A stretch of 64,000 bases of DNA, taken from assembly GCA_039028615.1 (NCBI GenBank), contig JBCCHT010000008.1, positions 32,001-96,000 on the forward strand. Direction: 5' to 3'. The notes under the pieces were generated by a model, which worked only from the letters and a program-made list of their open reading frames with translations, had not been told where the DNA came from and ran no database searches. Source of the DNA: Myxococcota bacterium (lineage in GTDB: Bacteria > Myxococcota_A > Polyangia > Nannocystales > Nannocystaceae). Numbering within the stretch: position 1 is the stretch's first letter; each line of letters opens with the position of its first letter. A program made the position numbers and the translations under genes. This document shows, one piece after another, positions 47,547 to 57,195 of this stretch.

Positions 47547-49724
47547 TCAGTTCGTCACGATGTTGCCGGGCGCTCCGTCGCCACCGTCGTAGCCGTTGAA
47601 GAAGGTGTCGGAGACACCACCGCTGACGTCCAGGGTCGCTCCAGCCACGTCGGTCGCGGGCGAGTTCAGCAGGATGGTGCCTCCGGCTCCACCGCCACCC
47701 AGGCCGCCTGAGCAGGTCTCCGAGGGGCCGCCGTCGCCACCGCTGGCATCGATGACCCCGGTCACGACGATCGAGACGGTCGCATCGATGGCAACGGCTC
47801 CACCACCACCGCCGCCGCCCGTACCTTCGTCATCCGCGGGAGTGAGGCCACCACCGGGAGGAGAGTCTTTCTCGACTCCACCCCCGCCTCCGCCGCCACC
47901 ACCGATGAGCGGGGGAAGGCTCATGTGCGCTTCACCTCCGGCGCCTCCCATGGCGCCCGCGTTGCCTTCGCCCGGCTGGCCCGGGACGCTATGGCCACCG
48001 CCTCCGCCGCCCGCCACGGCATCACCCGTGCTCGTCACGGTCGAGGACACTCCGCCGCCCGCCGGAGCCATGCCCGGACCGTCGCCCGGCGAGCCGTCTT
48101 CGGTGCCCGAGCCGCCGAAGCCCGCCCCGTCTCCACCGTCGAACCCACCGGGGCCACCGATGCCTCCCGCGCCCGCGGTATCGCAGGTGGTGACCATCGT
48201 GGTGCCCGTTTGCCCGTCGCCACCCGAGACATCCAACGTGCCGGAGATGTCCACCATGCCATCGACCAGGATCGTCAACGGATTGGAACCGGTGACCACC
48301 AGCGTCCCGGACAGCTCGAGCCCGGTCAGCGCCCAGATCGACAGCGCGGGGTTCCAGCTGACCTGCGGCACGCCGTCGAGCTCTCCCGTGTCCGTATCGA
48401 AGGTGTGGGACAGGTCCAGCACCAGGTCGGGCGCGGGCTGGCACAGGTTGCTGCAGAAATCGAACCCGATGTCGTTGCCGTCGTCGCAGGCTTCCATCGC
48501 CGTCGGGTTGAGCGTGCCGTCGCCGCACAACGCCGCCGTACAGTCGGCGTCGCAGTCCTGAGTCTCGCCCGCCTCGTCGCACTCCTCCAACGCGGTCATG
48601 TTCACGATGCCGTCGCCGCAATCCGCGGGCGTGCAGTCGATGTCGCAGATCGCCGACTCTCCACCATCGTCGCAGAGCTCCAGCGCGGTCGCGTTGATCT
48701 GACCGTCGCCGCAGACCGCCGTCGAGCAGTCGATGTCGCAGCCCGCCGACTCACCGCCGTCGTCGCACTGCTCCAGAGCGGTCGCGTTCACCACCCCGTC
48801 GCCGCATACGGCCGGCGTGCAGTCGATGTCGCATGCCGCCGATTCGCCCGCGTCGTCGCAGACCTCCGACGCGGTCACGTTCACGATCCCATCGCCGCAC
48901 TGCGCCGTCGTGCAGTTGGCGTTGCACGTCGCCGACTCGCCCACGTCGTCGCAGTCCTCCATCGCGGTGACGTTCACCACCCCATCGCCGCACATCGCCG
49001 ACGTGCAGTCGTCGTTGCATGCCGCCGACCGGCCACCGTCGTCGCAGACCTCCATCGCCGCCCGGTTCACGATGCCGTCGCCGCACATCGCCGCCGTGCA
49101 ATCGTCGTTGCACGCCGCCGACTCACCGCCGTCGTCGCAAGCCTCCATCGCGGTGGCATTGACCACCCCGTCCCCGCACATCGCCGTCGTGCAGTCGTCG
49201 TTGCAGGTCGCCGACTCACCACCGTCGTCGCAGACCTCCATCGCGGTCGCGTTCACCATCCCGTCCCCGCACATCGCCGTCGTGCAGTCGTCGTTGCAGG
49301 TCTCCGACTCGCCTTCGTCGTCGCAATCTTCCGAGGCGGTCACGTTCACCACCCCGTCCCCGCACATCGCCGTCGTGCAGTCGTCATTGCAGGTCTCCGA
49401 CTCGCCCGCGTCGTCACAGTCCTCGGCGTCTTCGACCACCCCGTTGCCGCACTCGGCGATGGTGTCCGCGGTGCTGCTTCCCATGGGGTCGTCGGTGGTT
49501 CCCGCCGTGGTGCCCGACGTCGTTCCGTCGGCGCTCCCCGCCGTGGTGTCGGCGGACCCCTCCGTATCCGACGTCGGATCCGGCGTCACCGAGCCCGTGT
49601 CCGTGCCCGTCGTCGAATCGCCCTCGCTGTCGGTCGTGACCGTGGGGACATCGTCTGCGGGGCAGCCGATCAACAGGCTCGCCGCGCTCGTGACCAACAA
49701 GATGTTTCCAATCCGAAATGCCAA
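47547..49724 (-). CDS. Surface lipoprotein with Myxococcus-type Cys-rich (DUF4215-like) repeats and Gly-rich C-terminal domain
   Basis: Lipobox LIGC, Thr/Asp linker, 11 CGDG...E.CDD...C..DC repeats; TTG start with GAGGAAGG RBS. Confidence 0.88.
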   Translation of the reverse strand: MAFRIGNILLVTSAASLLIGCPADDVPTVTTDSEGDSTTGTDTGSVTPDPTSDTEGSADTTAGSADGTTSGTTAGTTDDPMGSSTADTIAECGNGVVEDAEDCDDAGESETCNDDCTTAMCGDGVVNVTASEDCDDEGESETCNDDCTTAMCGDGMVNATAMEVCDDGGESATCNDDCTTAMCGDGVVNATAMEACDDGGESAACNDDCTAAMCGDGIVNRAAMEVCDDGGRSAACNDDCTSAMCGDGVVNVTAMEDCDDVGESATCNANCTTAQCGDGIVNVTASEVCDDAGESAACDIDCTPAVCGDGVVNATALEQCDDGGESAGCDIDCSTAVCGDGQINATALELCDDGGESAICDIDCTPADCGDGIVNMTALEECDEAGETQDCDADCTAALCGDGTLNPTAMEACDDGNDIGFDFCSNLCQPAPDLVLDLSHTFDTDTGELDGVPQVSWNPALSIWALTGLELSGTLVVTGSNPLTILVDGMVDISGTLDVSGGDGQTGTTMVTTCDTAGAGGIGGPGGFDGGDGAGFGGSGTEDGSPGDGPGMAPAGGGVSSTVTSTGDAVAGGGGGGHSVPGQPGEGNAGAMGGAGGEAHMSLPPLIGGGGGGGGGVEKDSPPGGGLTPADDEGTGGGGGGGAVAIDATVSIVVTGVIDASGGDGGPSETCSGGLGGGGAGGTILLNSPATDVAGATLDVSGGVSDTFFNGYDGGDGAPGNIVTN
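48433..49452 (-). repeat. Tandem 93-bp (31-aa) coding repeat, 11 units
   Basis: ccgtccccgcacatcgccgtcgtgcagtcg recurs at 49168, 49261 and 49354. Confidence 0.9.
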
Positions 49725-50125
49725 GTGTTTTCCCTTCCTCGTCTTACGTTCCCACCGGTGGGACACGCTCCATGGTGCGGTCCCGCCGACGAACCCGAGC
49801 CGATCGTATCGAGACGAGCGCAGCGACGACATCGGGCACTCCACTAGCCCGAGCATTGGTGTGCCCTACGACGACATCCAGCTCGAGCGCCGATGAAATT
49901 GGTAACGCGATCGCACGACGCCGAGAACACGACGCTCCCACACGATTTCACCCCACGACGGGTCGCGAACTCGACGCGAGCGATTGAACTTCGTTCGCGA
50001 ATCGAGCCCACTCGAAAGCACTTGAAAGATCGAACGAGACTGAAAGAGCACGCGTCCAATCGAGAGGCTGGTGCCGTTTTGGAGCCTTGTGGGCGACTGA
50101 CCGTTCGCGTAATTCAGAGAGTCCG

Positions 50126-50359
50126 ATGCAAGAGATCCTCTCCTACAAGGTCACCTGGCGAGCGGCCGACGACACCGGCATGCTCCACCTCGCGATGAAA
50201 GACGGCACCGCGGTCTCGATCCCGGTCGACTCGCCCTCCGAAATGTCGCTGTTGATCGATCTCGTTCGCAACGAGAGCCCGGTGTTCTACAACGCCAAGC
50301 ACGGCCTACTCTGCACGGGTATGGAAGCGGTGGGCGAAGGGGAAAAGGCCGCGGAGTAA
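50126..50359 (+). CDS. Small hypothetical protein (77 aa)
   Basis: MQEILSYKVTW...DLVRNESPVFY...TGMEAVGEGE; coding-like codon use. Confidence 0.65.
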   Translation: MQEILSYKVTWRAADDTGMLHLAMKDGTAVSIPVDSPSEMSLLIDLVRNESPVFYNAKHGLLCTGMEAVGEGEKAAE

Positions 50360-50430
50360 CGCGGGGATCTCTGTGCTTCGAAAGGTCGACGGCGCGACGG
50401 ATCACTCCGCCACGCCGCTCGACTCGTGAC

Positions 50431-52356
50431 TCATGCGTCGCTGCGACTCGACGGCACGGCCTGTTCTTCGGCTCGCTCGGCGAGGTACCGAGCCCGCATC
50501 GTCGCGTACTGTCGCTTGCCGTTGTGCGTCCGCGGGATGGTGCCGCGCTTGACCATGTGAACCCGACTGGGGCGTAGGCCCAGCCGCGCCTTCACCTTGG
50601 CGCCGATGGCCTGTGCGAGCGTCGTCCACTCGCGCCGCGGGGCTCGAGCCTCGACGAACAAGTGCAGGTGCTCCCCCGCCTTGCCGCCCTCGTCGATGCC
50701 CAGCGCCATCGAGCTGGCGACCCCGTCGACCGAGTCGACGATTTCCTCGACCTCCTTGGGCGCGAGGTTGCGACCGGCCACGATGATGACCTCCTTGGTC
50801 CGCCCCACGATGAACAGCACCCCGTCCTCGTCGACGTAGCCCACGTCACCCGTGCGGATGAAGCCATCGGAGGTGGTGAGCCGATCGGTGAGCTCGGCGT
50901 CGCGGTAGTAGCCCGCCGTCTGCGAGGGACTACGCAGGCAGACCTCGCCTCGCTCCCCAGCCGGCATCGAGCGATCGCCCTGTCGAATGTCGACGTCGAA
51001 GTCGGTCAGCGGCGCACCCACGCCCACGAAGCCGTCGTCGTCGACCACCAGCCCGTCACGAGACAACGGCCAGAATGCCGCGCCCACGCAGATCTCGGCG
51101 AGCCCGTAGCCGGGCCGCAGCACGTTGCGCAAGCCATGGGCCGTTTCGAAGGCCTCGATCGTGCTGGCACGAACCGGCTCGGCCGCGACCAAGGCAAAAC
51201 GCAGGCTGGTCAGATCGTACTTGCCGACGTCACCCCCGAAGCGCAGCGCAAAGCGGTACGCGAAGTCGGGCGCCGCGGTCATGGTGCCGCGATGCTCGGT
51301 GATGGCCTCGAACCACGCCTGCGGGCGCAACGAGACCGGCAACAGCACCACGCGTGCACCCACGTACATCGGACACAGCGTCATCGTGATGAGCCCCATG
51401 TCGTGATAGACGGGCAGCCAGCTGACGAACACGTCGTCGGGGTTGAACTGGGCGGGCGGGATCATCTGGCGGATGTTCGCCATCAAGCCCCGATGCGTGA
51501 GCATGACTCCCTTGGAGTCTCCCGTGGTCCCCGAGGTGTATTGCAGCATCGCCACCGCATCGGGCTCGGGGACGGGCAGGGGCTCCAGCTCGTGGCCCGC
51601 CTCCGCATCGGTGAACACGTCGGCGAGCGCCACCAGATCGACCTCGGTGCCCTCGAGCGCGGCGTCCAGATCGCGGCAGGCCGCGTCGTCCAGCCGCCCT
51701 CGGGTGATGACCATCGTCGCCTGGCAGTCGCGCACGATCGAGGCGATGCGCTCGGGCCCGGACGCGTGGAAGATCGGGGCCACGATCGCGCCGAGGCGCG
51801 TGATCCCGTGGAACAGCGGCAAGAACTCGGCGCAGTTGGGCATCATCAAGACGACGACATCCCCCCCGCTGACCCCCGCCCGCCGTAGGGCCCGGGCCAC
51901 CCGCTCCACGAAGATCGCCAGCTCGGCGTAGGTGCAGACCTCGTCGTCGAAGCGAAAGGCCTCGCGGTCCGGGGTGAGCACGGCCCGACGCAGCACCATC
52001 TCCGCGAGCGTGTCGACTCCGGCGAGCGGATCGGTGCCGAGCCACGCGGTCACCTCGGCTTGTCGCCCGCTCTCGGCTGGGGCGGTCGCAGCCGCGTCCA
52101 CGGCCGGCGCGGGCGCTTCGACGGGCACTGGCCCCACCAGCGCTCGATAGAACTGCTCGACCGTCTCGACCTCGGCGAGGCTGTTGGTGTCGAGCTCTCG
52201 CCCCAGCGCAATCTCTACGCGCTGGAGCACCTGCACGACGTCGATCGATTGCACGCCCAGCTCATCGAGGCTCTGGCCCGCCTCGATCGTCTCCGCGGGA
52301 AGCAAGAGTTCCTCGGCCAAGATCCCGGCAAAGCTCGGAAAATCCATCGTCTTCAT
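50431..52356 (-). CDS. Acyl carrier protein fused N-terminally to a fatty acyl-AMP ligase-like adenylation domain
   Basis: LDELGVQSIDVV (ACP Ser); LQYTSGTTGDSKG, SWLPVYHDMGLI, APDFAY, AEPV, YGLAE, RTGD, IPRT..GK. Confidence 0.88.
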   Translation of the reverse strand: MKTMDFPSFAGILAEELLLPAETIEAGQSLDELGVQSIDVVQVLQRVEIALGRELDTNSLAEVETVEQFYRALVGPVPVEAPAPAVDAAATAPAESGRQAEVTAWLGTDPLAGVDTLAEMVLRRAVLTPDREAFRFDDEVCTYAELAIFVERVARALRRAGVSGGDVVVLMMPNCAEFLPLFHGITRLGAIVAPIFHASGPERIASIVRDCQATMVITRGRLDDAACRDLDAALEGTEVDLVALADVFTDAEAGHELEPLPVPEPDAVAMLQYTSGTTGDSKGVMLTHRGLMANIRQMIPPAQFNPDDVFVSWLPVYHDMGLITMTLCPMYVGARVVLLPVSLRPQAWFEAITEHRGTMTAAPDFAYRFALRFGGDVGKYDLTSLRFALVAAEPVRASTIEAFETAHGLRNVLRPGYGLAEICVGAAFWPLSRDGLVVDDDGFVGVGAPLTDFDVDIRQGDRSMPAGERGEVCLRSPSQTAGYYRDAELTDRLTTSDGFIRTGDVGYVDEDGVLFIVGRTKEVIIVAGRNLAPKEVEEIVDSVDGVASSMALGIDEGGKAGEHLHLFVEARAPRREWTTLAQAIGAKVKARLGLRPSRVHMVKRGTIPRTHNGKRQYATMRARYLAERAEEQAVPSSRSDA

Positions 52357-52377
52357 GAGTTGTCCCCCCGTGGTCTT

Positions 52378-54816
52378 CTAGAGATTGGCCAATACGCTGG
52401 CCGAGTACGTGTCATCCAACATGACGAAGGCAGAGTTCGCGGCCGGCCGTGCGCCCAGCTTCTTTTTGATGAGCTCGGCGGTATACGCCAGGTTCAGCGA
52501 GGTCGCCCCGTGGGCTCGAGCTCGCTCGACCATGTGCAGCAAGCAGACCTTGTAGATCGAGTGCGAGGTGACATGGGCCTGGTCGAAGCCGACGAGCAGC
52601 GCCGTACAACGCACGCCCCGCTCGTGGGAGATGAACACACCGACCGGCCGATGGAGATCGGCCTGCCCCGGCTCGTAGAGCCGCACCACGTCGAACTCGG
52701 GGTTGGCGAACATCGCCTCGAACACCCCGAGCGGCAGGGGCATCACGTTGAGGCGATGGCCTCGCGCGTGCACCCGTCGATAGAGCTGATAGCAGGCCTC
52801 GATGATCTTCGGGTCGTCGGTCGTCGAGTCGTCGACGCGCAGGCCCTCCATGGCGGGCAGGAACTCCCGCCGCACGTTGTAGCGATAGCGCTGCCCCAAG
52901 GTCGCGAGGAAGCCGTCACGATCGGCCCAGGCCATCTCGTCGACCATCATCATGTCGGGCATCGAGGTCTCCACGAAGCCCAGGTCGAGCAAGATCTTGC
53001 GGAGCTGTTCGTCCTCGCCCCGCGGAAACTCGCGCAGCAAGACCTGCGTGGCGCCGACCTCCCGCTTGACGCGCTGCATGTCGTCGACCAGCAGGGCCAG
53101 CGCCTCCGACCAATCCGGGTGCGAACGATCGAGCTGCAGGTGCGGCCCGAGGCTCATGGGGTTGCCCAGCACCACCGCGGGCGAGACCAGGAAATCCGGG
53201 TCGCGCTGCCGAATGGCCTCGACCTTCTCGGAGATCTCGGCCGAGGACAGCATGTCCGCCTTGACCCGCGTGACCCCGTAGAAGGTCGCCAGCACCGGGT
53301 GCCCCTGCGCATCCTCGACCAGCACGTAGTGCATGTCGGCCTGGCAGGTATCGGCGGGCGCATCGACGAAGGGTCCCTCGAGGTCCCTGAGCACCGAGTG
53401 GCTCATCGGGCCCTTGTCGGCGAACAGCGCGTCCCACTTTTCGGCCGGAATCTCTGCGATCGAGCCGTAGTGCCGCAGGTTCAGCGAGGGCTCGTTGGAC
53501 TCGACCACCTTCAGGCGCGAGCGCTCGAAGTTCAGCTCGGCGATCGAAGGGTCGCGGAAGGTCCGGGCCAGGTCGTGCGGCGTGACGCCCTCTTCGCGGA
53601 AGACGTCGAACAGGTGGTCCCGCATGCGATCGAGCAGGTCGTCGATCTCTTGGAAGCTCAGCCCGCGATGCACGTGGAAGCGCAGCCCGCCCTGGTTCAT
53701 GGGAACGGCGGGAAACGAGCCTTGGTTGACGTAGAAGCCGTCGGCCAGCAGCCGCTCCGAAGCGGCGTAGACCAGGCGCGGCAGCCCGGTCGGCACGAAG
53801 AACAGCGGCGTGTCGTTGGAGACCAGCTGGGGCAGGCCCCGCTGCTCGATCCCCTCGCGGGCATGCGCGATGCGCTGCTTCAGGTCGATCTGCAGGGGCA
53901 CGATCTCGGGCGACAGGTGCAGCCGCGCCGAGGCCAGGGCCGCGCCGAGCATGGGCGGCTGAATGGGCCCCGAGAAGATCAGCGGCCCGCCGCAGGTCCG
54001 CACCCGGCGGGCGAGTTCCTCGGTGGGAAAGGCCAGCGCTCCCCCGGCCGCTGCGAACGACTTGTTGAGCGAGACGGCCAGCACCATCTGCTCGGGCATG
54101 GTGATCTTGGACGCCACCCAGCCGCAGCCGTTGCGACCCGCCCAGCCGAAGCCGTGGGCATCGTCGACGTAGGACCACAGCTGGTCATACTGCTCGTGCA
54201 GGGCCGCCAGCTCGTCGAGCGGCGCCCCGTCTCCGTGCATCGAGTAGACGCCGTCGGCGAAGTACCAGACCTTGTCGTGGTCGGCCTTGAGGCGCTTGAT
54301 CTCTCGCTCGAGCTGGTCCATGCGGTTGTGCCGGATCATCACGATCGGCACGCCGCGCGCCTTGAGCAGCTGCACTGCGATCTGCAGGCTGTTGTGCACC
54401 TGGTGGTCGAGCACCACCGCGTCGTTGTCGGAGACCAAGACCGGCACCGCCGACATGTGCCCGAGCGTCGTCGACGGGGTCACCACCACGGGGCGACCGA
54501 CCATCTTGCCGACCTCGGACTCGAGCTGTTCGTACATGCCGAGCGACAGGTAGACGCGCGACGAAGCGAACTGGGTACCATAGCGGCGGAGCCCGTCTTC
54601 GACCCCCGCCATGATGGCGGGATGACGCTCGAGGCTCAGGTAGCTCGCGGAGCCATAGTTGAGGACACGCCGACCCGAAATGTGGATCGTACGACCATCG
54701 ATCTGTTCATCACGCGCGGAGAGATGGGCGATCCCGCGCCCTACTCCATCGGTGATGATCTGGTCGATGACATCGTACATGCCAGCGGAACCAGTCTGAT
54801 GTCTCACGATGTCCAC
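52378..54816 (-). CDS. Alpha-oxoamine synthase (BioF/SPT-like, PLP) fused to a GNAT/FemAB-like acyltransferase domain
   Basis: SYLSL, SSR, VHNSL, HN, DGVYSMHG, DDAHGFG, SLNKSF (PLP Lys), FSGP; C-terminal FLATL..RYRYNVRRE. Start GTG 54816 or 54807. Confidence 0.87.
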   Translation of the reverse strand: MDIVRHQTGSAGMYDVIDQIITDGVGRGIAHLSARDEQIDGRTIHISGRRVLNYGSASYLSLERHPAIMAGVEDGLRRYGTQFASSRVYLSLGMYEQLESEVGKMVGRPVVVTPSTTLGHMSAVPVLVSDNDAVVLDHQVHNSLQIAVQLLKARGVPIVMIRHNRMDQLEREIKRLKADHDKVWYFADGVYSMHGDGAPLDELAALHEQYDQLWSYVDDAHGFGWAGRNGCGWVASKITMPEQMVLAVSLNKSFAAAGGALAFPTEELARRVRTCGGPLIFSGPIQPPMLGAALASARLHLSPEIVPLQIDLKQRIAHAREGIEQRGLPQLVSNDTPLFFVPTGLPRLVYAASERLLADGFYVNQGSFPAVPMNQGGLRFHVHRGLSFQEIDDLLDRMRDHLFDVFREEGVTPHDLARTFRDPSIAELNFERSRLKVVESNEPSLNLRHYGSIAEIPAEKWDALFADKGPMSHSVLRDLEGPFVDAPADTCQADMHYVLVEDAQGHPVLATFYGVTRVKADMLSSAEISEKVEAIRQRDPDFLVSPAVVLGNPMSLGPHLQLDRSHPDWSEALALLVDDMQRVKREVGATQVLLREFPRGEDEQLRKILLDLGFVETSMPDMMMVDEMAWADRDGFLATLGQRYRYNVRREFLPAMEGLRVDDSTTDDPKIIEACYQLYRRVHARGHRLNVMPLPLGVFEAMFANPEFDVVRLYEPGQADLHRPVGVFISHERGVRCTALLVGFDQAHVTSHSIYKVCLLHMVERARAHGATSLNLAYTAELIKKKLGARPAANSAFVMLDDTYSASVLANL

Positions 54817-55222
54817 TCCCCCGAGTCACACCCCCCAGTGCCCCCGTCGAGCGGACACCGCAGAAGATTTCTGCAGTGACCGATCACCATCGTGGGGGGA
54901 GTTCTTGGATTCTTCGATTCTCTTCAGTCATCCCAATTTTTTTTCGCCGGCACCATCCATTCACCTCATACGAGGCCGAAAACGGCCTCCCATGGCGAAT
55001 TTCAGCGTTCACGAGGACGAATGCAGAGGACTGCGGATTTATACAATTTGCTCATCACAATCTGCCAGTTTCGCAGGCGCCGTCGTGGCACGATTCATGT
55101 CTGTTCACTACCGCATCGCACAATAGACGCGATGCGATCACATCGAAAAACGGCGACGCAGACCCGGTAGAAAATCGAGCAAGACCACTCGCGAGCTCGT
55201 CCTCGAAGGCGGCGGCTCCCAT

Positions 55223-55274
55223 GAAAAAGAGGCCGGGTAACGAAGCCTCGGCTTCGTCACACGGCCCCCTTTTC
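55223..55274 (-). terminator. Intrinsic terminator downstream of the M49 peptidase gene
   Basis: Long GC stem (GGCCG..ACGAAGC/GCTTCGT..CGGCC) followed by a U-tract on the minus strand. Confidence 0.8.
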
Positions 55275-55287
55275 CGAGCAGGTCGGC

Positions 55288-57090
55288 TCAGCGAGGTCCG
55301 GTCTCGCCCGCCACCGGGTACACGGGGCGGATGTCGACCGGAATGCCCTCGAGCTTCCCGAGCGCCTTCTCCATGGCCGGAGACATCCCGCCGAACTCGG
55401 CCAGGAACTGCTCGGCCTTGCCCTTGTTGCCCTCGTGCTGGATCATCACCAGATCGTGCACGAGCGTGCCGATGTTGGCCTCGAGTTTGTCCATGTCGAT
55501 GGTGAACACGCCCTTGGCCTCGTCGAAGCTGGCGCCTCCGTCCTTCAGGTAGCGATTGATCTGCACCGCCGCGCCTTGGCCGTGGGCCTCGGCCACCCCG
55601 AAGCGAACGCTGCGGAAGAGCCCGGCGAAGTAACTGACCAGGAGCTTCTCGCGGAAGTCCTTGGGCAGCTCGCCCTTCTCGATCATGAACAGGATGTTGT
55701 ACGCGCCCATGACGTCGGCCTTGCACTCCTCGAGCGCGGTATAGGCCGGTCCCAGGGCCATGCGGACCTCGACCTTCTTGCCGTCGACGTCGGTGAAGGC
55801 GGGGCCGAGGCTGTGGGACAGCTCGTGGAAGAGCACTTGGTTGAAGAAGGCGTCGCCCGAGAGCCGGTCGTGCAACGAGGCCTCGAGGACCTTCTCACCG
55901 ATCGGCTTCATGATGCGCTCGAACTTGGTCTCGATGAGGTTGCGCAGCAGGACCTTCTTGGCGCCCTTCTCCTTGCGCACGCGCTCGTCGTTGGGGAGGT
56001 TGAACGCGATGGTCTGCACCGACTTGCGGGAGTCGCCCGAGGTGTAGACCAGGTCCACCACGCGAATCGGGCTCTCGGCCCCGCGCTTGGTCTTGACCGC
56101 GTCGTCGATGGGCAGGTGGTCCTCCATCTCCGGGAGGTAGGCCTTGTACTTGGCCAGAGCCTTCGAAGCCTCGGGGTCGCTGACGGTGACGAAGGCTTCG
56201 AAGCTGGCCTTGAGCCCCTTCAGCTCGTCCTCGTAGGTCTCGTAGGGCCCGATGGTGATCTCGACGCGGCTGTCGAGATCCATCCAGTCCTTGTCGCTCT
56301 GGTAGTAGTCGTCGCTGAGGAAGGCGTCGGCGCGCGAGCGCAGGAAGGTGGAGAGCGACTCGTTGGTGGTGGTCGCGGCCGCCTCGCGCAGCTTCTCCGC
56401 CGCGGGCTTCAGCCACTCGGCGTAGACCTCCCGGTAGGGCTTGGCCACCAGCCCGTTGTCGCCCATCTCGATCACGGTGAAGAGGCTGTTGAAGGCCTCC
56501 GCGTCGTCCGGGTGAGCGTCGACCCACGCGTCGAAGCGATCGGCGGTGAGCTCCTCGGGGTAAAAGCCCGCGCCCTTGGGCCAGGGTTTGTCGATGGCGA
56601 AGGGCTTGCGGTGCTCCTGGCGATCCCAGGGCCCCCGCATGATGCGGAAGTAGGCGTACTTGGCCTTGCCCACCGGGTCGGTCGCCTTGGACAGCTCGGC
56701 CTCGAGCGCAGGGTTGCCCGCCCAGGCCTGGCGCTCGTAGATGGGGTCGAGCAGCTTGGCCGCCTCGATGAGGATCTCGAGGGTCTTGCGCTCGGACTCC
56801 GGCAACTTGGAGGTGTCGACGCCCAGCTTCGCGATGGCGAACGCATCGATCTTGGCTTGCAGCTCGGCTGCCTCGTCGCCGCCCGCGTCGGGCTCGGCAT
56901 CCGGCTTGCCCTTGCCATCCGGCTTGCCCTTCGCGTCCGGCTTGCCCTTGCCGTCGGCCTTGCCCCCCGCCTTCGCGCCCCCCTTGGTCGTCTTCCCGTC
57001 GGCTGCTCCACCGCCGCAGGCGAGCGCGAGCGACAACGACAACATGGCCAACGAACGAACGAGGGGCGACAGCAGTGGGCGAGAGGACAT
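55288..57090 (-). CDS. Dipeptidyl peptidase III (M49)-like zinc metallopeptidase lipoprotein
   Basis: Lipobox ALAC; GPYETYED, AFNLPNDE, HELSH, LEECKAD, FG..EAHG. Confidence 0.9.
   Translation of the reverse strand: MSSRPLLSPLVRSLAMLSLSLALACGGGAADGKTTKGGAKAGGKADGKGKPDAKGKPDGKGKPDAEPDAGGDEAAELQAKIDAFAIAKLGVDTSKLPESERKTLEILIEAAKLLDPIYERQAWAGNPALEAELSKATDPVGKAKYAYFRIMRGPWDRQEHRKPFAIDKPWPKGAGFYPEELTADRFDAWVDAHPDDAEAFNSLFTVIEMGDNGLVAKPYREVYAEWLKPAAEKLREAAATTTNESLSTFLRSRADAFLSDDYYQSDKDWMDLDSRVEITIGPYETYEDELKGLKASFEAFVTVSDPEASKALAKYKAYLPEMEDHLPIDDAVKTKRGAESPIRVVDLVYTSGDSRKSVQTIAFNLPNDERVRKEKGAKKVLLRNLIETKFERIMKPIGEKVLEASLHDRLSGDAFFNQVLFHELSHSLGPAFTDVDGKKVEVRMALGPAYTALEECKADVMGAYNILFMIEKGELPKDFREKLLVSYFAGLFRSVRFGVAEAHGQGAAVQINRYLKDGGASFDEAKGVFTIDMDKLEANIGTLVHDLVMIQHEGNKGKAEQFLAEFGGMSPAMEKALGKLEGIPVDIRPVYPVAGETGPR
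56898..56964 (-). repeat. 18-bp coding tandem repeat (KGKPD[AG])
   Basis: tccggcttgccctt at 56900, 56918 and 56936. Confidence 0.8.
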
Positions 57091-57195
57091 GGAACGCGAA
57101 GGTTCGCAAGCGCGAGCGGCCAGAGCAAACCGCCGCGCACTCGCTTTGCGCACACGGCCCGCACGGGGCCGCCCCCTGCATGCTCGCGAGGTCTC

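Noticed and set aside
48433..49452. Regular repeats that might be a CRISPR array
   Set aside because: They are 93-bp in-frame coding repeats without unique spacers, and no cas genes are present.
55086..55101. TGGCACGATTCATGTC sigma54-like element
   Set aside because: Lacks the -12 GC and points away from the adjacent operon.
54817..55222. AT-richer intergenic region as a possible ncRNA or riboswitch
   Set aside because: No recognisable conserved structure by eye; best explained as a promoter region. An Rfam scan would be needed.
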